The notes under the pieces: model-generated
Seen by the model: only the letters and a program-made list of their open reading frames with translations
What the model was told of the DNA's origin: nothing
The model's database searches: none
NCBI GenBank assembly: GCA_964016885.1
Contig: OZ024742.1
Span: forward strand, 344,906,001-344,970,000
Origin: Eledone cirrhosa
Lineage: Eukaryota
Length of the DNA stretch: 64,000 nucleotides
Reading direction: 5' to 3'
In this document: positions 1 to 15,000 of the stretch, one piece after another
Numbering within the stretch: the stretch's first letter is position 1
How the letters are laid out: the number at the start of each line of letters is the position of its first letter
Translations under genes and position numbers: made by a program

Positions 1-3000
1 AGATTTCCAGGAAGTTAGGGAACCATGGTATACTTGTTAATACTCTTAGTAGACTTTCAGGACGCTAGGGAATCATGGTATAATTGTTAAACTGTTAGTA
101 GACTTCCAGGAAGATAGGGAACCCTGGTATACTTGTTAATACTGTTAGTAGACTTCCAGGAAGTTAGGGAACTATGGTATATATGTTAATAGTGTTAGTA
201 GACTTCCAGGAAGTTGGGGAAACATGGTATACTTGTTAATACTGTTAGTAGACTTCCAGCAATTTGGGGAACCCTGGTATACTTGTTAATACTGTTAGTA
301 GACTTCCTGGAAGTTAGGGAACCCTGGTATACTTGTTAATATTGTTAGTAGACTTCCAGAAAGCTAGCGAACCCTGGTATACTTGTTAATACTGTTAGAA
401 GACTTCCATGAAGTTAGGGAACCCTGGTATACTTGTTAATACTGTTAGTAGATTTCCAGGAAGTTAGGGAACCATGGTATACTTGTTAATATTGTTAGTA
501 GACTTTCAGGAAGCTAGGGAACCCTGGTATACTTGTTAATACTGTTAGTAGACTTTCAGGAAGCTAGGGAACACGGGTAAACTTGTTAATACTGTTAGTA
601 GATTTCCAGGAAGTTAGGGAACCCTGGTATACTTGTTAATACTGTTAGTAGAGTTCCAAGAAGTTAGGGAACCCTGATATACTTGTTAATTCTGTTAGTA
701 GACTTTCAGGAAGGCAGGAAACCATGGTATTCTTGTTAATACTGTTAGTAGACTTCCAGGAAGCTAGGAATCCCTGGTAAACTTGTTAATACTGTTAGTA
801 GATTTCCAGGAAGTTAGGGAACCCTGGTATACTTGTTAATACTGATAGTAGACTTCCAGGAACCTTCGGAACCCTGGTATACTTGTTAATACTGTTAGTA
901 GATTTCCAGGAAGCTAGGGAACCCTTGTATACTTGTTAATACTGTTAGTAGATTTCCAGGAAGTTGGGGAGCCCTGGTATACTTGTTAATACTGTTACTA
1001 GACTTTCAGGAAGGTAGGGAACCCTGGTATACTTGTTAATACTGTTAGTAGATTTCCAGGAAGCTAGGGAACCCTGGTATACTTGTTAATACTGTTAGTA
1101 GACTTCCAGGAAGTTAGGGAACCCTGGTATACTTGTTAATACTGTTATTAGAATTCCAGGAATCTTGGGAACCCTGGTATACTTGTTAATACTGTTAGTA
1201 GACTTCCAGGAAGGTAGGGAACCCTGGTATACTTGTTAATACTGTTAGTAGACTTCCAGGAAGGTAGGGAACTATGGTATACTTGTTAATAGTGTTAGTA
1301 GACTTCCAGGAAGTTGGGGAACCATGGTATACTTGTTAGTACTGTTAGTAGACTTCCAGGAATTTGGGGAACCCTGGTATACTTGTTAATACTGTTCGTA
1401 GACTTCCAGGAAGCTAGGGAAACCTGGTATACTTGTTAATACTGTTAGTAGACTTCCAGGAAGTTAGGGAACCCTGGTATACTTGTTAATACTGTTAGTA
1501 GACTTCCAGGAAGCTGGGGAACCCTAGTATACTTGTTAATACTGTTAGTAGACTTCCAGGAAAGTAGGGACCCCTGGTATACTTGTTAATACTGTTTGTA
1601 GAGTTCCAAGAAGTTAGGGAACCCTGGTATACTTGTTAATTCTGTTAGTAGACTTTCAGGATGTTAGGGAACCCTGGTATACGTGTTAATACTGTTAGTA
1701 GACTTCCAGGAAGTAAGGGAACCCTGGCATACTTGTTAATACTGTTAGTAGAATTCCAGGAACCTTGGGAACCCTGGTATACTTGTTAATACTGTTAGTA
1801 GATTTCCAGGAAGCTAGGGAACCCTTGTATATTTTTTATACTTTTAGTAGACTTCCAGGAAGTTAGGGAACCCTGCTATACTTGTTAATACTGTTAGTAG
1901 ATCTCCAGGAAGTTGGGGAGCCCTGGTATACATGTTAATACTGTTAGTAGAGTTCCAGGAAGCTGGGGAACCCTGGTATACTTGTTAATACTTTTAGTAG
2001 ACTTCCAGGAAAGTAGGGAACCCTGGTATAATTGTTAATACTGTTACTAGACTTTCAGAAATGTAGGGAACCCTGGTATACTTGTTAATACTGTTAGTAG
2101 ACTTTCAGGAAGGTAGGGAACTATGGTATACTTGTAAATACTGTTAGTAGACTTCCAGGAAGCTGGGGAACCCTGGTATACTTGTTAATACTGTTAGTAG
2201 ACTTCCAGGAAGTTAGGGAACCCTCGTATACTTGTTAATACTGTTAGTAGATTTCCAGAAAATTATGCAACCATGGTATACTTGTTAATATTGTTAGTAG
2301 ACTTTCAGGAAGCTAGGGAACCCTGGTATACTTGTTAATACTGTTAGTAGAATTTCAGGAAGCTAGGGAACACTGGTATACTTGTTAATACTGTTAGTAG
2401 ACTTCCAGGAAGGTTGGGAACCCTGATATACTTGTTAATACTGTTAGTAGACTTCCAGGAAGTTAGGGAACCCTGGTATACTTGTTCATACTGTTAGTAG
2501 ACTTCCAGGAAGTTAGGGAACCCTGGTATACTTGTTAATACTGTTAGTAGACTTCCCGGAATCTAGCGAACCCTGGTTTACTTGCTAATTCTGTTAGTAG
2601 ATTTCCAGGAAGTTAGGGAACCATGGTATACTTGTTAATACTCTTAGTAGACTTTCAGGACGCTAGGGAATCATGGTATAATTGTTAAACTGTTAGTAGA
2701 CTTCCAGGAAGATAGGGAACCCTGGTATACTTGTTAATACTGTTAGTAGACTTCCAGGAAGTTAGGGAACTATGGTATATATGTTAATAGTGTTAGTAGA
2801 CTTCCAGGAAGTTGGGGAAACATGGTATACTTGTTAATACTGTTAGTAGACTTCCAGCAATTTGGGGAACCCTGGTATACTTGTTAATACTGTTAGTAGA
2901 CTTCCTGGAAGTTAGGGAACCCTGGTATACTTGTTAATATTGTTAGTAGACTTCCAGAAAGCTAGCGAACCCTGGTATACTTGTTAATACTGTTAGAAGA

Positions 3001-6000
3001 CTTCCATGAAGTTAGGGAACCCTGGTATACTTGTTAATACTGTTAGTAGATTTCCAGGAAGTTAGGGAACCATGGTATACTTGTTAATATTGTTAGTAGA
3101 CTTTCAGGAAGCTAGGGAACCCTGGTATACTTGTTAATACTGTTAGTAGACTTTCAGGAAGCTAGGGAACACGGGTAAACTTGTTAATACTGTTAGTAGA
3201 TTTCCAGGAAGTTAGGGAACCCTGGTATACTTGTTAATACTGTTAGTAGAGTTCCAAGAAGTTAGGGAACCCTGATATACTTGTTAATTCTGTTAGTAGA
3301 CTTTCAGGAAGGCAGGAAACCATGGTATTCTTGTTAATACTGTTAGTAGACTTCCAGGAAGCTAGGAATCCCTGGTAAACTTGTTAATACTGTTAGTAGA
3401 TTTCCAGGAAGTTAGGGAACCCTGGTATACTTGTTAATACTGATAGTAGACTTCCAGGAACCTTCGGAACCCTGGTATACTTGTTAATACTGTTAGTAGA
3501 TTTCCAGGAAGCTAGGGAACCCTTGTATACTTGTTAATACTGTTAGTAGATTTCCAGGAAGTTGGGGAGCCCTGGTATACTTGTTAATACTGTTACTAGA
3601 CTTTCAGGCAGGTAGGGAACCCTGGTATACTTGTTAATACTGTTAGTAGATTTCCAGGAAGCTAGGGAACCCTGGTATACTTGTTAATACTGTTAGTAGA
3701 CTTCCAGGAAGTTAGGGAACCCTGGTATACTTGTTAATACTGTTATTAGAATTCCAGGAATCTTGGGAACCCTGGTATACTTGTTAATACTGTTAGTAGA
3801 CTTCCAGGAAGGTAGGGAACCCTGGTATACTTGTTAATACTGTTAGTAGACTTCCAGGAAGGTAGGGAACTATGGTATACTTGTTAATAGTGTTAGTAGA
3901 CTTCCAGGAAGTTGGGGAAGCATGGTATACTTGTTAGTACTGTTAGTAGACTTCCAGGAATTTGGGGAACCCTGGTATACTTGTTAATACTGTTCGTAGA
4001 CTTCCAGGAAGCTAGGGAAACCTGGTATACTTGTTAATACTGTTAGTAGACTTCCAGGAAGGTAGGGAACCCTGGTATACTTGTTAATACTGTTAGTAGA
4101 CTTCCAGGAAGTTAGGGAACCCTGGTATACTTGTTAATACTGTTAGTAGACTTCCAGGAAGCTGGGGAACCCTGGTATACTTGTTAATACTGTTAGTAGA
4201 CTTCCAGGAAAGTAGGGACCCCTGGTATACTTGTTAATACTGTTTGTAGAGTTCCAAGAAGTTAGGGAACCCTGGTATACTTGTTAATTCTGTTAGTAGA
4301 CTTTCAGGATGTTAGGGAACCCTTGTATACGTGTTAATACTGTTAGTAGACTTCCAGGAAGTAAGGGAACCCTGGCATACTTGTTAATCCTGTTAGTAGA
4401 ATTCCAGGAACCTTGGGAACACTTGTATACTTTTTAATACTGTTAGTAGACTTCCAGGAAGTTAGGGAACCCTGGTATACATGTTAATACTGTTAGTAGA
4501 TCTCCAGGAAGTTGGGAAGCCCTGGTATACTTGTTAATACTGTTACTAAACTTTCAGGAAGGTAGGGAACCCTGGTATACTTGTTAATACTGTTAGTAGA
4601 CTTTCAGGAAGTTAGGGAGCCCTGGTATACTTGTTAATACTGTTAGTCGACTTCCAGGAAGCTGGGGAACCCTGGTATACTTGTCAATACTGTTAGTAGA
4701 CTTCCAGGAAAGTAGGGAACCCTGGTATACTTGTTAATACTGTTACTAGACTTTCAGGAAGGTAGGGAACCCTGGTATACTTGTTAATACTGTTAGTAGA
4801 CTTTCAGGAAGCTGGGGAACCCTGGTATACTTGTTAATACTGTTAGTAGACTTCCAGGAAAGTAGGGAAACATGGTATACTTGTTAAACTGCTAGTAGAC
4901 TTCCAGGAAGATAGGGAACCTTGGTAAACTTGTTAATACTGTTAGTAGACTTCCAGGAAGTTAGGGAACTATGGTATACTTGTTAATAGTGTTAGTAGAC
5001 TTCCAGGAAGTTGGGGAACCATGGTATACTTGTTAATACTGTTAGTAGACTTCCAGGAATTTGGGGAACCCTGGTATACTTGTTAATACTGTTAGTAGAT
5101 TTCCAGGAAGCTAGGGAAACCTGGTATACTTGTTAATACTGTTAGTAGAATTCCAGGAATCTTGGGAACCCTGGTATACTTGTTAATACTGTTAGTAGAT
5201 TTCCAGGAAGCTAGGGAACCCTGGTATACTTCTTAATACTGTTAGTAGACTTCCAGGGAGCGAGGGAACCCTGGTATACTTGTTAATACTGTTAGTAGAC
5301 TTCCAGGAAGGTAGGGAACGCTGGTATACTTGTTAATACTGTTAGTAGACTTCCAGGGAGCGAGGGAACCCTGGTATACTTGTTAATACTGTTAGTAGAC
5401 TTCCAGGAAAGTAGGGACCCCTGGTATTCTTGTTAATACTGTTTGTAGAGTTCCAAGAAGTTAGGGAACCCTGGTATACTTGTTAATTCTGTTAGTAGAC
5501 TTTCAGGAAGGTAGGGAACCATGGTATACTTGTTAATACTGTTAGTAGACTTCCAGGAAGCTAGGAAACTCTGGTAAACTTGTTAATACTGTTAGTAGAT
5601 TTCCAGGATGTTAGGGACCCCTGGTATACTTGTTAATACTGTTAGTAGACTTCCAGGAAGTAAGGGAACCCTGGCATACTTGTTAATACTGTTAGTAGAA
5701 TTCCAGGAACCTTGGGAACCCTGGTATACTTGTTAATACTGTTAGTAGATTTCCAGGAAGCTAGGGAACCCTTGTATACTTTTTTATACTTTTAGTAGAC
5801 TTCCAGGAAGTTAGGGAACCCTGCTATACTTGTTAATACTGTTAGTAGATCTCCAGGAAGTTGGGGAGCCCTGGTATACATGTTAATACTGTTAGTAGAG
5901 TTCCAGGAAGCTGGGGAACCCTGGTATACTTGTTAATACTGTTAGTAGACTTCCAGGAAAGTAGGGAACCCTGGTATAATTGTTAATACTGTTACTAGAC

Positions 6001-9000
6001 TTTCAGAAATGTAGGGAACCCTGGTATACTTGTTAATACTGTTAGTAGACTTTCAGGAAGGTAGGGAACTATGGTATACTTGTAAATACTGTTAGTAGAC
6101 TTCCAGGAAGCTGGGGAACCCTGGTATACTTGTTAATACTGTTAGTAGACTCCCAGGAAGTTAGGGAACCCTCGTATACTTGTTAATACTGTTAGTAGAA
6201 TTTCAGGAAGCTAGGGAACACTGGTATACTTGTTAATACTGTTAGTAGACTTCCAGGAAGTTAGGGAACCCTGGTATACTTGTTCATACTGTTAGTAGAC
6301 TTCCAGGAAGTTAGGGAACCCTGGTATACTTGTTAATACTGTTAGTAGACTTCCAGGAATCTAGCGAACCCTGGTTTACTTGCTAATTCTGTTAGTAGAT
6401 TTCCAGGAAGTTAGGGAACCATGGTATACTTGTTAATACTCTTAGTAGACTTTCAGGACGCTAGGGAATCATGGTATAATTGTTAAACTGTTAGTAGACT
6501 TCCAGGAAGATAGGGAACCCTGGTATACTTGTTAATACTGTTAGTAGACTTCCAGGAAGTTAGGGAACTATGGTATATATGTTAATAGTGTTAGTAGACT
6601 TCCAGGAAGTTGGGGAACCATGGTATACTTGTTAATACTGTTAGTAGACTTGCAGCAATTTGGGGAACCCTGGTATACTTGTTAATACTGTTAGTAGATT
6701 TCCAGGAAGTTAGGGAACCCTGGTATACTTGTTAATACTGTTAGTAGATCTCCAGGAAGTTGGGGAGCCCTGGTATACTTGTTAATACTGTTACTAGACT
6801 TTCAGGAAGGTAGGGAACCCTGGTATACTTGTTAATACTGTTAGTAGACTTCCAGGAAGTTAGGGAACTATGGTATATATGTTAATAGTGTTAGTAGACT
6901 TCCAGGAAGTTGGGGAACCATGGTATACTTGTTAATACTGTTAGTAGACTTCCAGCAATTTGGGGAACCCTGGTATACTTGTTAATACTGTTACTAGACT
7001 TTCAGGAAGGTAGGGAACCCTGGTATACTTGTTAATACTGTTAGTAGACTTTCAGGAAGTTAGGGAGCCCTGGTATACTTGTTAATACTGTTAGTAGACT
7101 TTCAGGAAGGTAGGGAACTATGGTATACTTGTTAATACCGTTAGTAGACTTCCAGGAAGCTGGGGAACCATGGTATACTTGTTAATACTGTTAGTAGATT
7201 TCCAGAAAGATAGGCAACCATGGTATACTTGTTAATATTGTTAGTAGACTTTCAGAAAGCTAGGGAACCCTGGTATACTTGTTAATACTGTTAGTAGACT
7301 CTCAGGAAGCTAGGGAACCCTGGTTTGCTTGTTAATACTGTTAGTAGACTTCCAGGAAGTTAGGGAACCATGGTATACTTGTTAATACTGTTAGTAGAAT
7401 TTCAGGAAGCTAGGGAACACTGGTATACTTGTTAATACTGTTAGTAGACTTCCAGGAAGTTAGGGAACCCTGGTATACTTGTTCATACTGTTAGTAGACT
7501 TCCAGGAAGTTAGGGAACCCTGGTATACTTGTTAATACTGTTAGTAGACTTCCAGGAATCTAGCGAACCCTGGTTTACTTGCTAATTCTGTTAGTAGATT
7601 TCCAGGAAGTTAGGGAACCATGGTATACTTGTTAATACTCTTAGTAGACTTTCAGGACGCTAGGGAATCATGGTATAATTGTTAAACTGTTAGTAGACTT
7701 CCAGGAAGATAGGGAACCCTGGTATACTTGTTAATACTGTTAGTAGACTTCCAGGAAGTTAGGGAACTATGGTATATATGTTAATAGTGTTAGTAGACTT
7801 CCAGGAAGTTGGGGAACCATGGTATACTTGTTAATACTGTTAGTAGACTTGCAGCAATTTGGGGAACCCTGGTATACTTGTTAATACTGTTAGTAGATTT
7901 CCAGGAAGTTAGGGAACCCTGGTATACTTGTTAATACTGTTAGTAGATCTCCAGGAAGTTGGGGAGCCCTGGTATACTTGTTAATACTGTTACTAGACTT
8001 TCAGGAAGGTAGGGAACCCTGGTATACTTGTTAATACTGTTAGTAGACTTCCAGGAAGTTAGGGAACTATGGTATATATGTTAATAGTGTTAGTAGACTT
8101 CCAGGAAGTTGGGGAACCATGGTATACTTGTTAATACTGTTAGTAGACTTCCAGCAATTTGGGGAACCCTGGTATACTTGTTAATACTGTTACTAGACTT
8201 TCAGGAAGGTAGGGAACCCTGGTATACTTGTTAATACTGTTAGTAGACTTTCAGGAAGTTAGGGAGCCCTGGTATACTTGTTAATACTGTTAGTAGACTT
8301 TCAGGAAGGTAGGGAACTATGTTATACTTGTTAATACCGTTAGTAGACTTCCAGGAAGCTGGGGAACCATGGTATACTTGTTAATACTGTTAGTAGATTT
8401 CCAGAAAGATAGGCAACCATGGTATACTTGTTAATATTGTTAGTAGACTTTCAGAAAGCTAGGGAACCCTGGTATACTTGTTAATACTGTTAGTAGACTC
8501 TCAGGAAGCTAGGGAACCCTGGTTTGCTTGTTAATACTGTTAGTAGACTTCCAGGAAGTTAGGGAACCATGGTATACTTGTTAATACTGTTAGTAGACTT
8601 TCAGGAAGTTAGGGAACCCTGGTATACTTGTTAATACTGTTAGTAGACTTCAAGGAATCTAGGGAACCCTGGTATACATGTTAATACTGTTAGTAGATTT
8701 GCAGGAAGTTAGGGAACCATGGTATACTTGTTAATACTGTTAGTAGACTTTCAGGACGCTAGGGAAACATGGTATACTTGTTATTAGCATTAGTAGACTT
8801 CCAGGAAGTTGGTGAACCATGGTATACTTGTTAATACTGTTAGTAGACTTCCAGGAATTTGGGGAACTTTGGTATATTTGTTAATACTGTTAGTAGACTT
8901 CCTGGAAGTTAGGGAACCCTGGTATACTTGTTAATACTGTTAGTAGAGTTCCAAGAAGTTAGGGAACCCTGGTATACTTGTTAATTCTGTTAGTAGACTT

Positions 9001-12000
9001 TCAGGAAGGTAGGAAACCATGGTATACTTGTTAATACTGTTAGTAGAATTCCAGGAACCTTCGGAACCCTGGTATACTTGTTAATACTGTTAGTAGATTT
9101 CCAGGAAGCTAGGGAACCCTTGTATAGTTTTTAATACTGTTAGTAGACTTCCAGGAAGTTAGGGAACCCTGGTATACTTGTTAATACTGTTAGTAGATCT
9201 CCAGGAAGTTGGGGAGCCCTGGTATACTTGTTAATACTGTTACTAGACTTTCAGGAAGGTAGGGAACCCTGGTATACTTGTTAATACTGTTAGTAGACTT
9301 CCAGGAAGTTAGGGAACTATGGTATATATGTTAATAGTGTTAGTAGACTTCCAGGAAGTTGGGGAACCATGGTATACTTGTTAATACTGTTAGTAGACTT
9401 CCAGCAATTTGGGGAACCCTGGTATACTTGTTAATACTGTTACTAGACTTTCAGGAAGGTAGGGAACCCTGGTATACTTGTTAATACTGTTAGTAGACTT
9501 TCAGGAAGTTAGGAAGCCCTGGTATACTTGTTAATACTGTTAGTAGACTTTCAGGAAGGTAGGGAACTATGGTATACTTGTTAATACCGTTAGTAGACTT
9601 CCAGGAAGCTGGGGAACCCTGGTATTCTTGTTAATACTGTTAGTAGATTTCCAGAAAGATAGGCAACCATGGTATACTTGTTAATATTGTTAGTAGACTT
9701 TCAGAAAGCTAGGGAACCCTGGTATACTTGTTAATACTGTTAGTAGACTCTCAGGAAGCTAGGGAACCCTGGTTTGCTTGTTAATACTGTTAGTAGACTT
9801 CCAGGAAGTTAGGGAACCATGGTATACTTGTTAATACTGTTAGTAGACTTTCAGGAAGTTAGGGAACCCTGGTATACTTGTTAATACTGTTAGTAGACTT
9901 CAAGGAATCTAGGGAACCCTGGTATACATGTTAATACTGTTAGTAGATTTCCAGGAAGTTAGGGAACCATGGTATACTTGTTAATACTGTTAGTAGACTT
10001 TCAGGACGCTAGGGAAACATGGTATACTTGTTATTAGCATTAGTAGACTTCCAGGAAGTTGGTGAACCATGGTATACTTGTTAATACTGTTAGTAGACTT
10101 CCAGGAATTTGGGGAACTTTGGTATATTTGTTAATACTGTTAGTAGACTTCCTGGAAGTTAGGGAACCCTGGTATACTTGTTAATTCTGTTAGTAGACTT
10201 TCAGGAAGGTAGGAAACCATGGTATACTTGTTAATACTGTTAGTAGACTTCCAGGAAGCTAGGAAACCCTGGTAAACTTGTTAATACTGTTAGTAGATTT
10301 CCAGGATGTTAGGGAACCCTGGTATACTTGTTAATACTGATAGTAGACTTCCAGGAAGTTAAAGAACCCTTGTATACTTGTTAATACTGTTAGTAGAATT
10401 CCAGGAACCTTCGGAACCCTGGTATACTTGTTAATACTGTTAGTAGATTTCCAGGAAGCTAGGGAACCCTTGTATAGTTTTTAATACTGTTAGTAGATTT
10501 CCAGGAAGTTAGGGAACCCTGGTATACTTGTTAATACTGTTAGTAGATCTCCAGGAAGTTGGGGAGCCCTGGTATACTTGTTAATACTGTTACTAGACTT
10601 TCAGGAAGGTAGGGAACCCTGGTATACTTGTTAATACTGTTAGTAGACTTCCAGCAAGTTAGGGAACTATGGTATATATGTTAATAGTGTTAGTAGACTT
10701 CCAGGAAGTTGGGGAACCATGGTAAACTTGTTAATACTGTTAGTAGACTTCCAGCAATTTGGGGAACCCTGGTATACTTGTTAATACTGTTACTAGACTT
10801 TCAGGAAGGTAGGAAACCCTGGTATACTTGTTAATACTGTTAGTAGACTTTCAGGAAGTTAGGGAGCCCTGGTATATTTGTTAATACTGTTAGTAGACTT
10901 TCAGGAAGGTAGGGAACTATGGTATTCTTGTTAATACTGTTAGTAGACTTTCAGGAAGCTAGGGAACACTGGTTTACTTGTTAATACTGTTAGTAGACTT
11001 TCAGGAAGGTAGGGAACCATGGTATTCTTGTTAATACTGTTAGTAGACTTCCAGGAAGGTAGGGAACCCTGGTATACTGGTTAATACTGTTAGTAGACTT
11101 TCAGGAAGTTAGGGAACCCTGGTATACTTGTTAATACTGTTAGTAGACTTCAAGGAAACTAGGGAACCCTGGTATACTTGTTAATACTGTTAGTAGATTT
11201 CCAGGAAGTTAGGGAACCATGGTATACTTGTTAATACTGTTAGTAGACTTTCAGGAAGTTGGGGAACCCTGGTATAATTGTTAATACTGTTAGTAGACTT
11301 CCGGGAAGCTAGGAAACCCTGGTAAACTTGTTAATACTGTTAATAGACTTCCAGAAAGGTAGGGAACCATGGTATACTTATTAATACTGTTAGTAGACTT
11401 TCAGGAAGCTAGGGAACCCTGGTATACTTGTTAATACTGCTAGTAGACTTCCAGGAAGCTGGGGAACCATAGTATACTTGTTAATACTGTTAGTAGACTT
11501 CCAGGAAGTTGGGGAACCCTGGTATAATTGTTAATACTGTTAGTAGACTTCCAGGAAAGTAGGGAACCCTGGTATACTTGTTAATACTGTTAGCAGACTT
11601 CCAGGAAGTTGGGGAACCATAGTATACTTGTTAATACTGTTAGTAGACTTCCAGGAAGTTGGGGAACCCTGGTATAATTGTTAATACTGTTAGTAGACTT
11701 CCGGGAAGCTAGGAAACCCTGGTAAACTTGTTAATACTGTTAGTAGATTTCCAGGATGTTAGGGAACCCTGGTAAACTTGTTACTATTGTTCGTAGACTT
11801 CCAGGAAGTTAGGGAACCCTGGTATACTTGTTAATACTGTTAGTAGAATTCCAGGAATCTTGGGAACCCTGGTATACTTGTTAATACTGTTAGTAGATTT
11901 CCAGGAAGCTAGGGAACCCTGGTATACTTGTTAATACTGTTAGTAGACTTCCAGGAAGCTAGGGAACCCTGGTATACTTGTTAATACTGTTAGTAGATCT

Positions 12001-15000
12001 CCAGGAAGTTGGGGAGCCCTGGTATACTTGTTAATACTGTTACTAGACTTTCAGGAAGGTAAGTAACACTGGTATACTTTTTAATACTGTTAGTAGACTT
12101 TCAGGAAGTTAGGGAGCCCTGGTATAATTGTTAATACTGTTAGTAGACTTTCAGGAAGGTAGGGAACCATGGTATAATTGTTAATACTGTTAGTAGACTT
12201 TCAGGAAGCTAGGGAACCCTGGTATACTTGTTAATATTGTTAGTAGACTTCCAGGAAGCTAGGGAACCCTGGTATACTTGTTAATACTGGTAGAAGACTT
12301 CCACGAAGTTAGGGAACCCTGGTATACTTGTTAATACTGTTAGTAGAATTCCAGGAAGTTAGGGAACCATGGTATACTTGTTAATATTGTTAGTAGACTT
12401 TCAGGAAGCTAGGGAACCCTGGTATACTTGTTAATACTGTTAGTAGACTTCCAGGAATTTAGGGAACCCTGGTATACTTGTTAATACTGTTAGTAGATTT
12501 CCAGGAAGGTAGGGAACAAAGTATACTTGTTAATACTGTTAGTAGACTTCCAGGAAGTTAGGGAACCCTGGTATACTTCTTAATACTGTTAGTAGATTTC
12601 CAGGAAGTTAGGGAACCCTGGTAAACTTGTTAATACTGTTAGTAGATTTCCAGGATGTTAGGGAACCCTGGTATACTTGTTAATACTGTTAGTAGACTTC
12701 CAGGAAGTTAGTGAACCCTGGTATACTTATTAATACTGTTAGTAGAATTCCAGGAATCTTGGGAACCCTGGTATACTTGTTAATATTGTTAGTAGATTTC
12801 CAGGAAGCTAGGGAACCCTTGTAAACTTTTCAATACTGTTAGTAGACTTCCAGGAAGTTAGGGAAACCTGGTATACTTGTTAATACTGTTAGTAGATCTC
12901 CAGGAAGTTGGGGAGCCCTGGTATACTTGTTAATACTGTTACTAGACTTTCAGGAAGGTAGGGAACCCTGGTATACTTGTTAATACTGTTAGTAGACTTT
13001 CAGGAAGTTAGGGGGCCCTGGTATACTTGTTAATACTGTTAGTAGACTTCCAGGAAGGTAGGGAACCATGGTATACTTATTAATACTGTTAGTAGACTTC
13101 CAGGAAAGTAGGGAACCCTGGTATACTTGTTAATACTGTTAGCAGACTTCCAGGAAGTTGGGGAACCATAGTATACTTGTTAATACTGTTAGTAGACTTC
13201 CAGGAAGTTGGGGAACCCTGGTATAATTGTTAATACTGTTAGTAGACTTCCGGGAATTTAGGAAACCCTGGTATACTTGTTAATACTGTTAGTAGACTTC
13301 CAGGAATCTTGGGAACCCTGGTATACTTGTTAATATTGTTAGTAGATTTCCAGGAGGCTAGGGAACCCTTGTAAACTTTTCAATACTGTTAGTAGACTTC
13401 CAGGAAGTTAGGGAAACCTGGTATACTTGTTAATACTGTTAGTAGATCTCCAGGAAGTTGGGGAGCCCTGGTATACTTGTTAATACTCTTACTAGACTTT
13501 CAGGAAGGTAGGGAACCCTGGTATACTTGTTAATACTGTTAGTAGACTTTCAGGAAGTTAGGGAGCCCTGGTATACTTGTTAATACTGTTAGTAGACTTC
13601 CAGGAAGGTAGGGAACCATGGTATACTTATTAATACTGTTAGTAGACTTTCAGGAACCTAGGGAACCCTGGTATACTTGTTAATACTGCTAGTAGACTTC
13701 CAGGAAGCTGGGGAACCCTGGTATACTTGTCAATACTGTTAGTAGACTTCCAGGAAAGTAGAGAACCCTGGTATACTTGTTAATACTGTTAGCAGACTTC
13801 CAGGAAGTTGGGGAACCATAGTATACTTGTTAATACTGTTAGTAGACTTCCAGGAAGTTGGGGAACCCTGGTATAATTGTTAATACTGTTAGTAGACTTC
13901 CGGGAATTTAGGAAACCCTGGTAAACTTGTTAATACTGTTAGTAGATTTCCAGGATGTTAGGGAACCCTGGTATACTTGTTAATATTGTTAGTAGACTTT
14001 CAGGAAGCTAGGGAACCCTGGTATACTTGTTAATACTGTTAGTAGACTTCCAGAAAGTTAGGGAACCCTGGTATACTTGTTAATACTGTTAGTAGATTTC
14101 CAGGAAGGTAGGGAACAAAGTATACTTGTTAATACTGTTAGTAGACTTCCAGGAAGTTAGGGAACCCTGGTATACTTCTTAATACTGTTAGTAGATTTCC
14201 AGGAAGTTAGGGAACCCTGGTATACATGTTAATACTGTTAGTAGAGTTCCAAGAAGTTAGGGAACCCTGGTATACTTGTTAATTCTGTTAGTAGACTTTC
14301 AGGAAGGTAGGGAACAATGGTATACTTGTTAATACAGTTAGTAGACTTCCATGAAGCTAGGAAACCCTGGTAAACTTGTTAATACTGTTAGTAGATTTCC
14401 AGGATGTTAGGGAACCCTGGTATACTTGTTAATACTGTTAGTAGACTTCCAGGAAGTTAGTGAACCCTGGTATACTTATTAATACTGTTAGTAGAATTCC
14501 AGGAATCTTGGGAACCCTGGTATACTTGTTAATATTGTTAGTTGATTTCCAGGAAGCTAGGGAACCCTTGTATACTTTTCAATACTGTTAGTAGAATTCC
14601 AGGAATCTTGGGAACCCTGGTATACTTGTTAATACTGTTAGTAGAATTCCAGGAAGTTGGGGAGCCCTGGTACACTTGTTAATACTGTTACTAGACTTTC
14701 AGGAAGGTAGGGAACCATGGTATACTTGTTAATACTGTTAGTAGACTTCCTGGAAGTTAGGGAACCCTGGTATACTTGTTAATATTGTTAGTAGACTTCC
14801 AGGAAGCTAGGGAACCCTGGTATACTTGTTAATACTGGTAGAAGACTTCCACGAAGTTAGGGAACCCTGGTATACTTGTTAATACTGTTAGTAGAATTCC
14901 AGGAAGTTAGGGAACCATGGTATACTTGTTAATATTGTTAGTAGACTTTCAGGAAGCTAGGGAACCCTGGTATACTTGTTAATACTGTTAGTAGACTTCC